In this document: piece by piece, positions 18,230-26,504 of the stretch
Layout: each line of letters opens with the position of its first letter
Numbering within the stretch: the stretch's first letter is position 1
Source of the DNA: Alphaproteobacteria bacterium
GTDB taxonomy: Bacteria; Pseudomonadota; Alphaproteobacteria; Bin95
Assembly: GCA_965206075.1 (NCBI GenBank)
Contig: CBDBIS010000001.1
Coordinates: forward strand, 104,274-168,273
Length of the DNA stretch: 64,000 bases
Direction: 5' to 3'
The notes under the pieces: generated by a model
The model's input: only the letters and a program-made list of their open reading frames with translations
Database searches by the model: none
Told to the model about the DNA's origin: nothing
Made by a program: the position numbers and the translations under genes

Positions 18230-18918
18230 GCGCCGGCCACCCTTCTTGCCACGCGCCGCGCGACGAGCTCGGAAAGCAGCAGCGCCGCCATGGACACCGC
18301 AACGGCGATTGCCACGAGGCGGAGCGCGGAGGCCTCGCCGCCGGGCACCTGGAGGAAGGCGTAGATGGCCGTCGGCAGGGTCTGGGTCTGGCCGGGAATG
18401 TTGGAGACGAAGGTGATCGTCGCTCCGAACTCTCCCATCGCCTTGGCGAACGCCAGGATCGTGCCGGCGAGAATTCCCGGCAGGACGAGCGGCAGGGTCA
18501 CGGTCGCGAAGACCCATGGGCCGGAGGCGCCGAGCGTCGCGCTCGCCTGCTCCAGTTTCGGATCCACCGCCTCGATGGAAAGCCGGATGGCGCGAACCAT
18601 GAGGGGAAAGGCCATGACGGCCGCCGCCAGCGCCGCGCCCGTCCAGCGGAAGGCAAAGACGATGCCGACCTCCTGCAGAAGACCGCCGAGAGGCCCTTGC
18701 GTCCCGAAGGTCAGGAGCAGCAGGTAGCCCGTCGCCACCGGGGGCAGGATGAGGGGCAGATGCACCGCGCCGTTCAGCAGCTGCCTGCCGGGGAAGCGCC
18801 AGCGCGCCAGCGCATAGGCGGTCAACACCCCGAGCGGCAGGCTCGCAAGCGTTGCCCAGAACGCGACGCGCAGCGAGAGCGCGACGGCCCGCCATTCCTC
18901 GGGGCTCAGCCAGTCCAT
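18226..18918 (-). CDS. modB: molybdate ABC transporter permease ModB
   Basis: ABC transporter permease (ModB) membrane domain, 230 aa. Confidence 0.85.
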   Translation of the reverse strand: MDWLSPEEWRAVALSLRVAFWATLASLPLGVLTAYALARWRFPGRQLLNGAVHLPLILPPVATGYLLLLTFGTQGPLGGLLQEVGIVFAFRWTGAALAAAVMAFPLMVRAIRLSIEAVDPKLEQASATLGASGPWVFATVTLPLVLPGILAGTILAFAKAMGEFGATITFVSNIPGQTQTLPTAIYAFLQVPGGEASALRLVAIAVAVSMAALLLSELVARRVARRVAGA

Positions 18919-18927
18919 GCCGCAATT

Positions 18928-19716
18928 CTACTCGAAGGCGGTGACAAAGCCTTGCCGCTCGAACGCCTTTCGCGCGGCCGGCCCGCGGAGCCAGGAGAGA
19001 AAGCGCGCGTTGAGCGGGTTGCGGCTCGCGGCCACGGCGGCGGCGGGATAGACGATGGGCGGGTGGCTGCGCGCGGGAAAAGCGCCCACCACGGTCACCT
19101 TGTCGTCGGCTGCGGCGTCGGTTGCATAGACGATCCCGAGCGGCGCCTCGCCGGACGAGACCAGCGCCAGCGCCGCGCGGACATTGTCCGCCTGGGCCAC
19201 CTTCGACCGGACAGCTTCCCAGACTCCCAGCGCGCGAAGCGCAGCCTTCCCGTAAATCCCGGCGGGCACGGCGTCCACGAACGTCATGGCAAGGCGGCCT
19301 TCGCCCAGCATGCCTGCGATATCCAGGCCCGGCCGGATTTCCACGGGGCGCGCGTCCCGCCCGTGTGCGATCAGCACGATGGTGTTTCTCAGCAGGTCGA
19401 AGCGGCTGTCCGGTTCGATGAAGCCGTCCCGCTCCAGCGCGTCCATCCAATCCGGGTTCGCGGAAATGAAAATGTCCGCGGGCGCGCCGTGCTGGATCTG
19501 GCGGGCAAGCGCGGAGGAGCCGGCAAGGGAGACCGTGACGGCATGTCCGGCTTCCTGCTCGAACCCGGCGGCAATCTCGTCCATCGCATTCTTCAGGCTG
19601 GCCGCGGCGAAGACCGTGATCGCGTCCGCGCCGAAGCCGGGCCGTGCGAGGCCCAGGCAGAGCCCGAGACCGGCGGCGAACGCGATGAGGCAGCGGCGGG
19701 CAGGCGAAAACGGCAA
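18928..19716 (-). CDS. modA: molybdate ABC transporter periplasmic binding protein ModA
   Basis: ModA fold ('ITVFAAASLKNAMDEIAAGF', 'ADIFISANPDWMD', 'GIVYATDA'). Start trimmed to a TTG with AGGAAAAG Shine-Dalgarno that gives a 30-aa signal peptide. The longer ORF start 'MTFHDTS' at 19827 is an artefact of the heptad repeats. Confidence 0.8.
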   Translation of the reverse strand: MPFSPARRCLIAFAAGLGLCLGLARPGFGADAITVFAAASLKNAMDEIAAGFEQEAGHAVTVSLAGSSALARQIQHGAPADIFISANPDWMDALERDGFIEPDSRFDLLRNTIVLIAHGRDARPVEIRPGLDIAGMLGEGRLAMTFVDAVPAGIYGKAALRALGVWEAVRSKVAQADNVRAALALVSSGEAPLGIVYATDAAADDKVTVVGAFPARSHPPIVYPAAAVAASRNPLNARFLSWLRGPAARKAFERQGFVTAFE

Positions 19717-19811
19717 GGCGGCTTTTCCTGGCGGTCCATGCGTTCGGGCGGTCCGACCAATAGGCCCTTTTCCGCCGGCCCGGCAAGGTTCGCCCGGAGA
19801 GGCCCGCGATG

Positions 19812-19838
19812 TGTCATGGAATGTCATGCGATGTCATG
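19812..19838 (-). promoter_or_regulatory. CATGACA heptad x3 (array 3 of 5), ~100 nt upstream of modA on the modA sense strand
   Basis: Read on + strand as 'tgtcatggaa tgtcatgcga tgtcatg'. Confidence 0.5.
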
Positions 19839-19857
19839 GTCCCGATGTGCGAGAGTC

Positions 19858-19881
19858 ATGCCCTGCGTCGTCTCTTGGCAT
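19858..19881. promoter_or_regulatory. palindrome ATGCC-N14-GGCAT (right copy) upstream of modA
   Basis: Read directly: 'atgccctgcgtcgtctcttggcat'. Confidence 0.45.
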
Positions 19882-20252
19882 AGCTGTCCCATCCGCAAAC
19901 CCGCTCCCGCTTGCGGGCTGCCGGATTGACGGAGTTGCCGGCGTTGGCTGAGCGCGAACGTCTTCCCACCCGTCACCCCTACCGGATTCACACATCTGCG
20001 TTTGCCCGCTTCGCGTTGCATGTTCCCCACGGTCGCCCCGGCCCCCGAGCCGGGGCCCAGCCTCGGCTCTCGCGGCAGCTTCAGCGGTCGGTCCCGCTCT
20101 TCACCGGCCGCGGCGGCATCGGGAGGCATGGATGGACCCCGGCTCGGGGGCCGGGGTGACGAAAGGGCGCGGAGCCGGCGTGGCCGAACCGGCAGGCGCC
20201 GGATACGGGCCGGAACGAGATGTGCGCATGCGGGAGCCCCACTCCACCGGAT

Positions 20253-20279
20253 TGTCATGATGTGTCATGTTTTGTCATG
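20253..20279 (-). promoter_or_regulatory. CATGACA heptad x3 (array 4 of 5)
   Basis: Read on + strand as 'tgtcatgatg tgtcatgttt tgtcatg'. Confidence 0.45.
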
Positions 20280-20783
20280 CGGCTTGGAGCAGGCCCCGGC
20301 GGTTCGCCCTATTCTTCACCGGCCGCGGCGGCATCGGGAGGCATGGATGGACCCCGGCTCGGGGGCCTGCCGGATTCACACATCTGCGCCCGGTGACGTG
20401 GCGTTGCATAACCCCGACCGCCTGCCCTCGCGGAAGCGGGGGTCGCCCCGGCCCCCATGACGGAGAGGAGGGAAACGCGCCCCCGGAAGACCCTCTCCCT
20501 CGGGGAGAGGGCAGGGTGAGGGGCCGCTTCCGGCTGCGGCGGCGGGAGGCAGGGCTGGGTCCCCGCCTTCGCGGGGACGATGAAACGGGGACAAAAGCCC
20601 GCGTAGCAAGACCGACAGGCGCACCGCACACGGGCCGAAATGAGATGTGTGCATCCGGTAGGCTCGGGGGCCGGGGTGACGATGGGGGAGGCCGCCATCG
20701 GTTCCTATCGACGACTGCGGGTATAACGCCTCTTGCGTCACCCCGGACGAAGGGTTGCGCCTGCATCCCGGACAGTTGCGGAA

Positions 20784-20807
20784 TGTCATGTTCTGTCATG
20801 TTCGCCA
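20784..20807 (-). promoter_or_regulatory. CATGACA heptad x2-3 (array 5 of 5), overlapping the recombinase stop codon
   Basis: Read on + strand as 'tgtcatgttc tgtcatgttc gccatg'. Confidence 0.4.
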
Positions 20808-22696
20808 TGCCTTTGCCGAAGCTCTGTCGTTCCGTTCCTGCATATCGTTCCTCCACTGCGTTCCGTTCTCCCCGCCGCCAGCCGGCCCACCCGGCGGGAC
20901 CCTTTTTGCGCGCGTATCGTGCCCGCGCGCCCGCGCCTGCCCGCGCGCGTCTTGCGCCGGCGCGGTTCGCGCACCTGATTGCGCGCGCGAGACGGCGGAC
21001 GCACTTCTCCCGTTGGCAGAATCGGGGGCTTTTTTCGCGCCCTTGCAAACACCGAGACCGACATTGCGGATTGCGTGGTAGCGCTGGCCCTGTTTCCGGT
21101 GTCGGCGGCGGCCCATTCGATGATGGTCCCGAGATCGCCGTGGAGGGTGGCGTGCATCTCGCCGCGCTTTTCGCCCGGCGTGAGTTCGATACGCTCGATC
21201 AGGCCCCGGATGGCGGCGGCCGCCTCGTCCCGGTCGCGAGGGTCGGCCAGCGCCTCGGCAAGCCGCGCCACCTTGCGCCGGTAGATGGCGGCGATATTGG
21301 GGTGGATGTCCGGGACGTCCGCCGGGACGACGGCAAGGCGTTCGGTGAGTTCGTCCTGGCGGGCTTCGAGCTCCCGCAGCCGGTCGGACATGCCGCGCAC
21401 ATAGCCGCCGTCCTCGATAGCGGCGATCATGGTCCTGATCTTGCCCGTCACCGCCGCCAGTTCCTTGCGGTCGGCGGTTCCCGAGGCGCGGCGCTCGCGG
21501 TTCAGCCGGTTGGTCTCCTCCGCATACGCCTTCATCGCTTGCCCGGCCGCCTCCGGAACCATCAGCCTGTCCTTCAGCCCCGCCATCACGCGCTCCTCGA
21601 TCGCCGCGCGCTGGATGCCCCTTGTGTTGGAACAGGAGCGGGACTTCATGTGGCGCGAGCAGCAGTAGCGGCTCTGGCCGCGCAAGGCGACGGGACTGCC
21701 GCACACCCCGCACCTGAGCAGGCCCGAGAGCAGGTAGCGCGGACGGTGGGTGCGGTTCAGGCGGTTGGCATGGGCGTTGCGCACCGAGGCGATGGTGTCC
21801 GCATATATCTCCGAGATTTCCGCCTGCCGGGCCTTCACCGCCGCCCACAGTTCGTCATCGACGATGCGGAGTTCGGGAACCTCCGTCACGATCCACTCTT
21901 CCGGCGGGTTGAGGCGCGGCACCCGCCTGCCGGTCTCCGGGTTCTTCACGAAATGCTGCCGGTTCCAGACCTGGCGGCCGATATAGAGCTCGTTGTTGAC
22001 GATCCCGCGTCCCCGCTTGGCATGGCCGCGCATCACGGCGTCGGTCCAGAGCTTGCCCCTGGGGCCGGGCACGCCCTCCTCGTTGAGCCGCCGCGCGATC
22101 GAGCGCGGGCTCGCGCCATCGGCGAACTCCCGCAGGATGCGCCGCACCACCGCCGCCTCGGCCTCGTTGATGCGCCGCTCGCCCCGCACCGGCTCGCCTG
22201 CCGCGTCGAGCGCCTTCACCACGTCGTAGCCGTAGCAGAGCCCGCCGCTTGACTTGCCCGCCTCCACGCGGCCCCGGAGGCCCCGGTGCGTCTTCGCCGC
22301 CAGGTCCTTCAGGAACAGCGCGTTCATGGTGCCCTTGAGGCCGACATGCAGCTCGTTGATCTCGCCTTCGCCTGCCGCGAGCGTGAAGATCATCACGCCG
22401 GCGAAGCGCAGGTGCTTGTAGAGGGTCGCCACGTCGGCCTGGTCGCGACTGACCCGGTCGAGGGCCTCGGCGACGAGGATATCGAACGCGCCCCGCCGCG
22501 CGTCCTCCAGCAGCGCCTGGACGCCGGGCCGGAGGATCACGCTGTCTCCTGAGATAGCGGAGTCCTTGTAGGTCCCGACGACCTTCCAGCCCTCGCGTTC
22601 CGCGCGTTCGCGGCAGACCCGGAGCTGGTCCTCGATGGAAGCCTCCCGCTGCTGATCGGACGAGTAGCGGGCATAGAGCGCGCAGCGCAGGGTCAT
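20786..22696 (-). CDS. large serine recombinase (resolvase/invertase N-domain + recombinase + zinc-ribbon + coiled-coil)
   Basis: N-terminal catalytic motif 'ALYARYSSDQQ...SIEDQ' with catalytic Ser, followed by the recombinase domain ('LHVGLKGTMNALFLKDLAAKTHRGL') and a zinc ribbon ('CGVCGSPVALRGQSRYCCSRH'). AGGAGA Shine-Dalgarno. The last ~85 codons are encoded by the inverted-repeat sequence. Confidence 0.9.
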   Translation of the reverse strand: MTLRCALYARYSSDQQREASIEDQLRVCRERAEREGWKVVGTYKDSAISGDSVILRPGVQALLEDARRGAFDILVAEALDRVSRDQADVATLYKHLRFAGVMIFTLAAGEGEINELHVGLKGTMNALFLKDLAAKTHRGLRGRVEAGKSSGGLCYGYDVVKALDAAGEPVRGERRINEAEAAVVRRILREFADGASPRSIARRLNEEGVPGPRGKLWTDAVMRGHAKRGRGIVNNELYIGRQVWNRQHFVKNPETGRRVPRLNPPEEWIVTEVPELRIVDDELWAAVKARQAEISEIYADTIASVRNAHANRLNRTHRPRYLLSGLLRCGVCGSPVALRGQSRYCCSRHMKSRSCSNTRGIQRAAIEERVMAGLKDRLMVPEAAGQAMKAYAEETNRLNRERRASGTADRKELAAVTGKIRTMIAAIEDGGYVRGMSDRLRELEARQDELTERLAVVPADVPDIHPNIAAIYRRKVARLAEALADPRDRDEAAAAIRGLIERIELTPGEKRGEMHATLHGDLGTIIEWAAADTGNRASATTQSAMSVSVFARARKKPPILPTGEVRPPSRARNQVREPRRRKTRAGRRGRAGTIRAQKGSRRVGRLAAGRTERSGGTICRNGTTELRQRHGEHDRT

Positions 22697-22709
22697 GGTC
22701 CGGAATCTC

Positions 22710-23012
22710 CTATCGGTCGTGCGCCTCCTTCTCCGGCGCGTTGTCGTTGGCGGCCGTGAGCCCGTCGAACTCCTCGCGGGCGATCTGCCGCCCGATCAGC
22801 CGGGCGAGCCGCATGACGGCGGCATCGATCCGCGCTTCCGCTCCGCCGCCTGCCCCGTCCTGCCCTGCCGACTTGGAGGCCGGCACAGGCGGACCCGATC
22901 CGCGTGCCTCCGGGCCGTGATTGTCGTTCGCGGCCCCGCCGCTGCGGTTCGCGCGCCTGCGGTCTCCCCCGTTCCCCTGCATTGCCTCCGCCTTCTCCCG
23001 GACCTTGTCCAT
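22710..23012 (-). CDS. hypothetical small protein (100 aa) translationally coupled upstream of the serine recombinase
   Basis: Stop lies 13 nt before the recombinase ATG. C-terminal helical segment 'IDAAVMRLARLIGRQIAREEFDGL'. Middle is low-complexity. Confidence 0.35.
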   Translation of the reverse strand: MDKVREKAEAMQGNGGDRRRANRSGGAANDNHGPEARGSGPPVPASKSAGQDGAGGGAEARIDAAVMRLARLIGRQIAREEFDGLTAANDNAPEKEAHDR

Positions 23013-23177
23013 GGAGAAGGCATTTGAGGGCCGGCGCGAGCCCTGTCAAACGCGGTATGCCGGGGATTTCCTTTGCAATATCATAGCCTTGCGTACCCTT
23101 GTCGGTCCCTGCGGCGGCAGGCGCGGACAGGCGTACCCCGAGCGATATTTCGTCGCACAGCATGGTCGCGGCGCCTT

Positions 23178-23513
23178 TCAGTCCAGCACCCGGAGCGCGG
23201 TCTCCGGTGCCTTGTCGAGTACCCGCAGCAGGGCGCGCGCCGCCCCGGTCGGGCCGCGCTGGCCCTGTTCCCATTTGCGGATCGTGTCCGGCGGCACGCC
23301 GATGCGCCGCGCCATCTCCATCTGGGTGAGGCCCAGCCGCCGCCGCACCCGGCGCGCATAGCGCGCCATGTCCTGCATGGCTTCGGCCTCGTCCTCCCGC
23401 TGCTGAGCGGCAATGTCGGCCTCTGCGGTTGCGTCCACCGCCGAAGGGTCGATCCGCCCCTCGGGCAGGGTGGACGGGTCGGCGGGACCGGTCCCGATGC
23501 GCGTCGTGCTCAT
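23178..23513 (-). CDS. XRE-family HTH transcriptional regulator (antitoxin-like)
   Basis: HTH 'LGLTQMEMARRIGVPPDTIRKWEQGQRGPTGAARALLRVL'. Start placed at the internal ATG ('MSTTRIG'). Alternative longer start at 23603. Confidence 0.7.
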   Translation of the reverse strand: MSTTRIGTGPADPSTLPEGRIDPSAVDATAEADIAAQQREDEAEAMQDMARYARRVRRRLGLTQMEMARRIGVPPDTIRKWEQGQRGPTGAARALLRVLDKAPETALRVLD

Positions 23514-23804
23514 TCCATGCGGCCTCCCTTCCGGCGACCCCGAGCGGACCGCGAAATGCGCGCGTGGAACAGCCACCATCCTTCCGGGCCTGCATGGTCG
23601 CACATATAGCCCAATGGGCTATTGGTGTAAAGCCTGGAGGCGCAGTCCGAAGTCTGCAAGGGCTTCGGCGAAGCCGGACCACGGTCATTTGCCGGATCCG
23701 GGTTCATGAAAGCTGCCCCGCGCCACGCTGTCGGCTGCTCCATGCGGCGATGCAATGACCGCGCCGCTCGCGGCAGCCGGCCATCGATGGACCGTTCCCG
23801 GTCC

Positions 23805-26153
23805 CTACGTCTTCATGTGTCCGGGGAGATGGCCGATCACGACCTGCCGGTCCGCATCGTCCCAGGTGAAATAGAGGCGGAAGCAGTATCTCGGATCGCG
23901 GGTGTTCGAGGCCGTCTTCAGGTGCCGGTCGAGGGTCAGCCTGCGGCCGTTCCATTCGACGGTGAAATCGTCGCGCGCCTTGCCCTGGCGGTCGCGGCTT
24001 ATGCTGGGGGTCTCAAGCAGCCGCAGCGCGCGCAGTTCGGCGTCGAACGCCTCCCGCAGTTCCCTGCCGCCTTCGGTCTTCATCCGCCAGTAGGCGCTGC
24101 CGAGCAGTGCAATTGCCCCAGCCACCAGCGCCACATCCTCGAACTCGGCTCCCTTGAGCGCCCTGAGCGCGCGGCCCGCCAGCGCCACGCGTCCGCCGTA
24201 ATGCTGCGCCGCCCAATCCGGCAGCTCCGCATAGCTCGCCGGCGGCGGCACTGTCGGGTTCTCCGTCGCCGCCTCCAGCGGCGCGACGCCTTCCAGCACC
24301 GCGATCCGCTGCTGCAGGCGGCGCCTCTCGCGCCGCAGCCCGGCATTTTCCTCGCCGGCGCCGTCCACCTCCTGCGACAGCGCCGCGATCCGCTCCTCCG
24401 CCTGCCGGTTCGCCGCCTTCAAGTCGTCGATTTCAGCGCGCAGCACCCGCTCCCTCTCCTTCGGGCCCGGAAGCGTTTCGGTTTCCCCGCCGGTGTCCCG
24501 GCCCGCCATCGAGCCGAACGTTCCGACCAGCTCCCCCAGGCAGGCGCCGATGGCATCGAGCGCCGCCGCCGGCTCGCTCGACGGCGGCTCGGCGTTCACC
24601 GCCCCGGCCGCCGTCTGCAGGGCCTCCAGGTTCGCCGCGCTCGGAGTCTCTGCATAGCGGCGCGACGCCTCCTGGAGCGCCCGCTCCCGTTCCCCCGGCT
24701 CCACGATTTCCGCACGGAAGCGTTCCGCCAGTTCCCGGCAGCGCTCCCATTCGGGATCCGGAAAGCCGAGCGGCAGGGAGGCATCGGCCAGCAGCCCCGA
24801 GACACTGTCCTTCAGCCCATCCGCCCTTTCGGCGAACCGCGTCTCCGGCAACGCATCCAGCGTCTCCTGCAACAGCGCCCGCAACAATCCGTGCCGGCGC
24901 CGCGCTAGCGCCTCCTGGCGCGCGTCCTCCAGCTCCTCGACAGCACCGAACAGGGTTTCGACGTCGAACAGCAGGTATGACAACCTTTCTTCCGCCGCGC
25001 CGTAGTCCTCAAGCGCCGCGACATGCTCCTTCAGGCGGGCCCAGGCCTCGTCCATCTCCCTGCGCAGCGTCGCGGCCATGGCCTCCGCCCGCGCCGCCAG
25101 CCCTTCCAGCTGCGCCCCGGCGGGCTCGCCCAGCAACCGCTCGACCAGATTGCCGCGTTCGGGGTCCACGCCGAAACGCTGGCGGCGCAGGGCGTCCCCG
25201 ATCAGCGCCTCGATCCCGGGCTCCCCCAACCAGGGGGACGCGATCAGGCGGCCCTCCGGTCCTTCCAGGCAGGACAGCACCCAGATCGATTGCGCTACCA
25301 ACTCGACTTCGCGCGCCTGCCACAGCGTCTCCAGATCGTCCAGAATCGTCGCATCGCCGTTGCCCGGACCGAAGGGGCTGAGAGACTGCGCCCTCTCGCC
25401 GGCCGTCCTGAGCACCCGCGGGCCCAGCAGCTTCCGTTCGCCCTTCGCCTCGCCGAAGGTCTTCACGATCCGGTCCTCGAACAGCCACAGGAACCAGGTC
25501 CAGCGCTGCGCAAAGCCATGCACCGCACGCCAGAACGCCGCCTCGTCGGAGCCGTTGGCCTCGGCAGGCCAATCGGCGTGCTCCTGCGCCAGCCAGACCG
25601 CCAGCTTGCGCAGGTCGGCCCGCATCAGATGGTGGTTCTCCCGAAGCCAGTCCGGCGTTGCGAAGGCCGGAAGCGGCCCCCGCTCCGGCTGCTTCACCGT
25701 GCCGGCCGACGCCGGGCCGGCGCCTGCTTTCGATCCTCCCGGAATTGCCCGTCCCTCCATGACTTGCGGCCTTGCCCAAGCCGCGCCGAATGCCAAGCGC
25801 AGCCCCGTCCCGTCCCCAAAGAATGGATAGGGGCCGCGACAGCCGCAAGCCCTTCCGGAAACCCTCCCGCGGCGCGCTTGCGCGCCCGCTTCGAAATGCG
25901 AGGACGCAGAAGGCGGCGGGCAGCTACTGGCGCCTGCCGGCGCCCATCGCTGCGGCTTGCGGCGGTCCGGCCGCGCGGCGGCGATCACCTGGCGCACGAT
26001 CGTCTGCGGGAGCCGGACCTCCCGCGCAATCGCCGCCGGCCGGAGGCCGGCCTCACAGGCAGCCAGGATCAGCCGTTCCTGTCCCGGCGTCAGGGACGCC
26101 GCGCGGTCCGGCGCGGCGGGTTTCGGTCCTGCCGGCGTTGCGGGGCCGGACAT
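23805..26153 (-). CDS. hypothetical large protein: N-terminal sigma70-region-4/LuxR-like HTH, Pro/Ser linker, ~640-aa coiled-coil-containing domain of unknown function
   Basis: The 1476-aa ORF 23805..28235 was trimmed because its upstream part is antisense to the triple-CSD gene. HTH 'LTPGQERLILAACEAGLRPAAIAREVRLPQTIVRQVIAAA'. Coiled-coil 'RVLRAEIDDLKAANRQAEERIAALSQEV'. Conserved-looking C-terminus 'RYCFRLYFTWDDADRQVVIGHLPGH'. GC3 dips in the linker, so an alternative start is the ATG at ~25760 ('MEGRAIPGG'). Confidence 0.5.
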   Translation of the reverse strand: MSGPATPAGPKPAAPDRAASLTPGQERLILAACEAGLRPAAIAREVRLPQTIVRQVIAAARPDRRKPQRWAPAGASSCPPPSASSHFEAGAQARRGRVSGRACGCRGPYPFFGDGTGLRLAFGAAWARPQVMEGRAIPGGSKAGAGPASAGTVKQPERGPLPAFATPDWLRENHHLMRADLRKLAVWLAQEHADWPAEANGSDEAAFWRAVHGFAQRWTWFLWLFEDRIVKTFGEAKGERKLLGPRVLRTAGERAQSLSPFGPGNGDATILDDLETLWQAREVELVAQSIWVLSCLEGPEGRLIASPWLGEPGIEALIGDALRRQRFGVDPERGNLVERLLGEPAGAQLEGLAARAEAMAATLRREMDEAWARLKEHVAALEDYGAAEERLSYLLFDVETLFGAVEELEDARQEALARRRHGLLRALLQETLDALPETRFAERADGLKDSVSGLLADASLPLGFPDPEWERCRELAERFRAEIVEPGERERALQEASRRYAETPSAANLEALQTAAGAVNAEPPSSEPAAALDAIGACLGELVGTFGSMAGRDTGGETETLPGPKERERVLRAEIDDLKAANRQAEERIAALSQEVDGAGEENAGLRRERRRLQQRIAVLEGVAPLEAATENPTVPPPASYAELPDWAAQHYGGRVALAGRALRALKGAEFEDVALVAGAIALLGSAYWRMKTEGGRELREAFDAELRALRLLETPSISRDRQGKARDDFTVEWNGRRLTLDRHLKTASNTRDPRYCFRLYFTWDDADRQVVIGHLPGHMKT

Positions 26154-26504
26154 CCCTGCCCGCAGAGCGCGTGCAGCCGGGGGGCTGTCCGCTGCATTTC
26201 GTCCGCGCCGGCCGATTTCCGCGCTTACCGCCTTCGCCAAACGGTCGAGCTGTTCGTCGTCCAGCAGGCGCAGCGACCGTTCGAGGTCGGCCGGCAGGCC
26301 AAGGCGAGTCGTGCCCCGGACGTTGCATCCGGCGCCGGGCGCCACTCGTCTCCCATACCCCGATCCCGCGCCATCGTCCGCCTTCCTGTCCGCGCCATCC
26401 TGTCCCGTGCGCCCCTGCGCCCGCAAGGACTTCACCGCGCCCCTGGCGAAAGGTAGAAATGCCGTTCGATACCAACCTCCGTCATGAGGGGAAAGCCGTT
26501 CGAG

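Larger units (their letters stand above)
19800..21050. repeat. right arm of the large inverted repeat (inner 19800-20050, outer 20880-21050) with an intervening REP-rich non-coding stretch
   Basis: See the left arm. The intervening 20060-20880 contains repeated GC palindromes (GCCCCCGAGCCGGGGCC), repeated 'CCGGATTCACACATCTG' units and two more heptad arrays. Confidence 0.8.

Noticed and set aside
17144-19786. 880-aa single ORF spanning modC and upstream sequence
   Set aside because: Only the last 361 codons match ModC. The upstream part is read-through across modB and modA in a different frame. Genes were split at internal starts with overlapping stop and start codons.
9359-20807. Heptad repeat arrays as a CRISPR-like array
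   Set aside because: Units are 7 bp with 3-bp spacers and only 2-3 copies per array. No cas genes are present. They are consistent with protein-binding operator repeats, not CRISPR.
8558-21050. Inverted repeats as attL/attR of the serine recombinase
   Set aside because: Serine integrase attL/attR share only a ~2-bp crossover core and are not 150-270-bp inverted homologies. The repeats are instead a duplicated copy of the recombinase gene 3' end and a promoter module.
22693-23688. 331-aa minus-strand ORF
   Set aside because: Low-complexity, out of frame with the supported small ORF (22710..23012) and the XRE gene (23178..23513). No Shine-Dalgarno and no domain.
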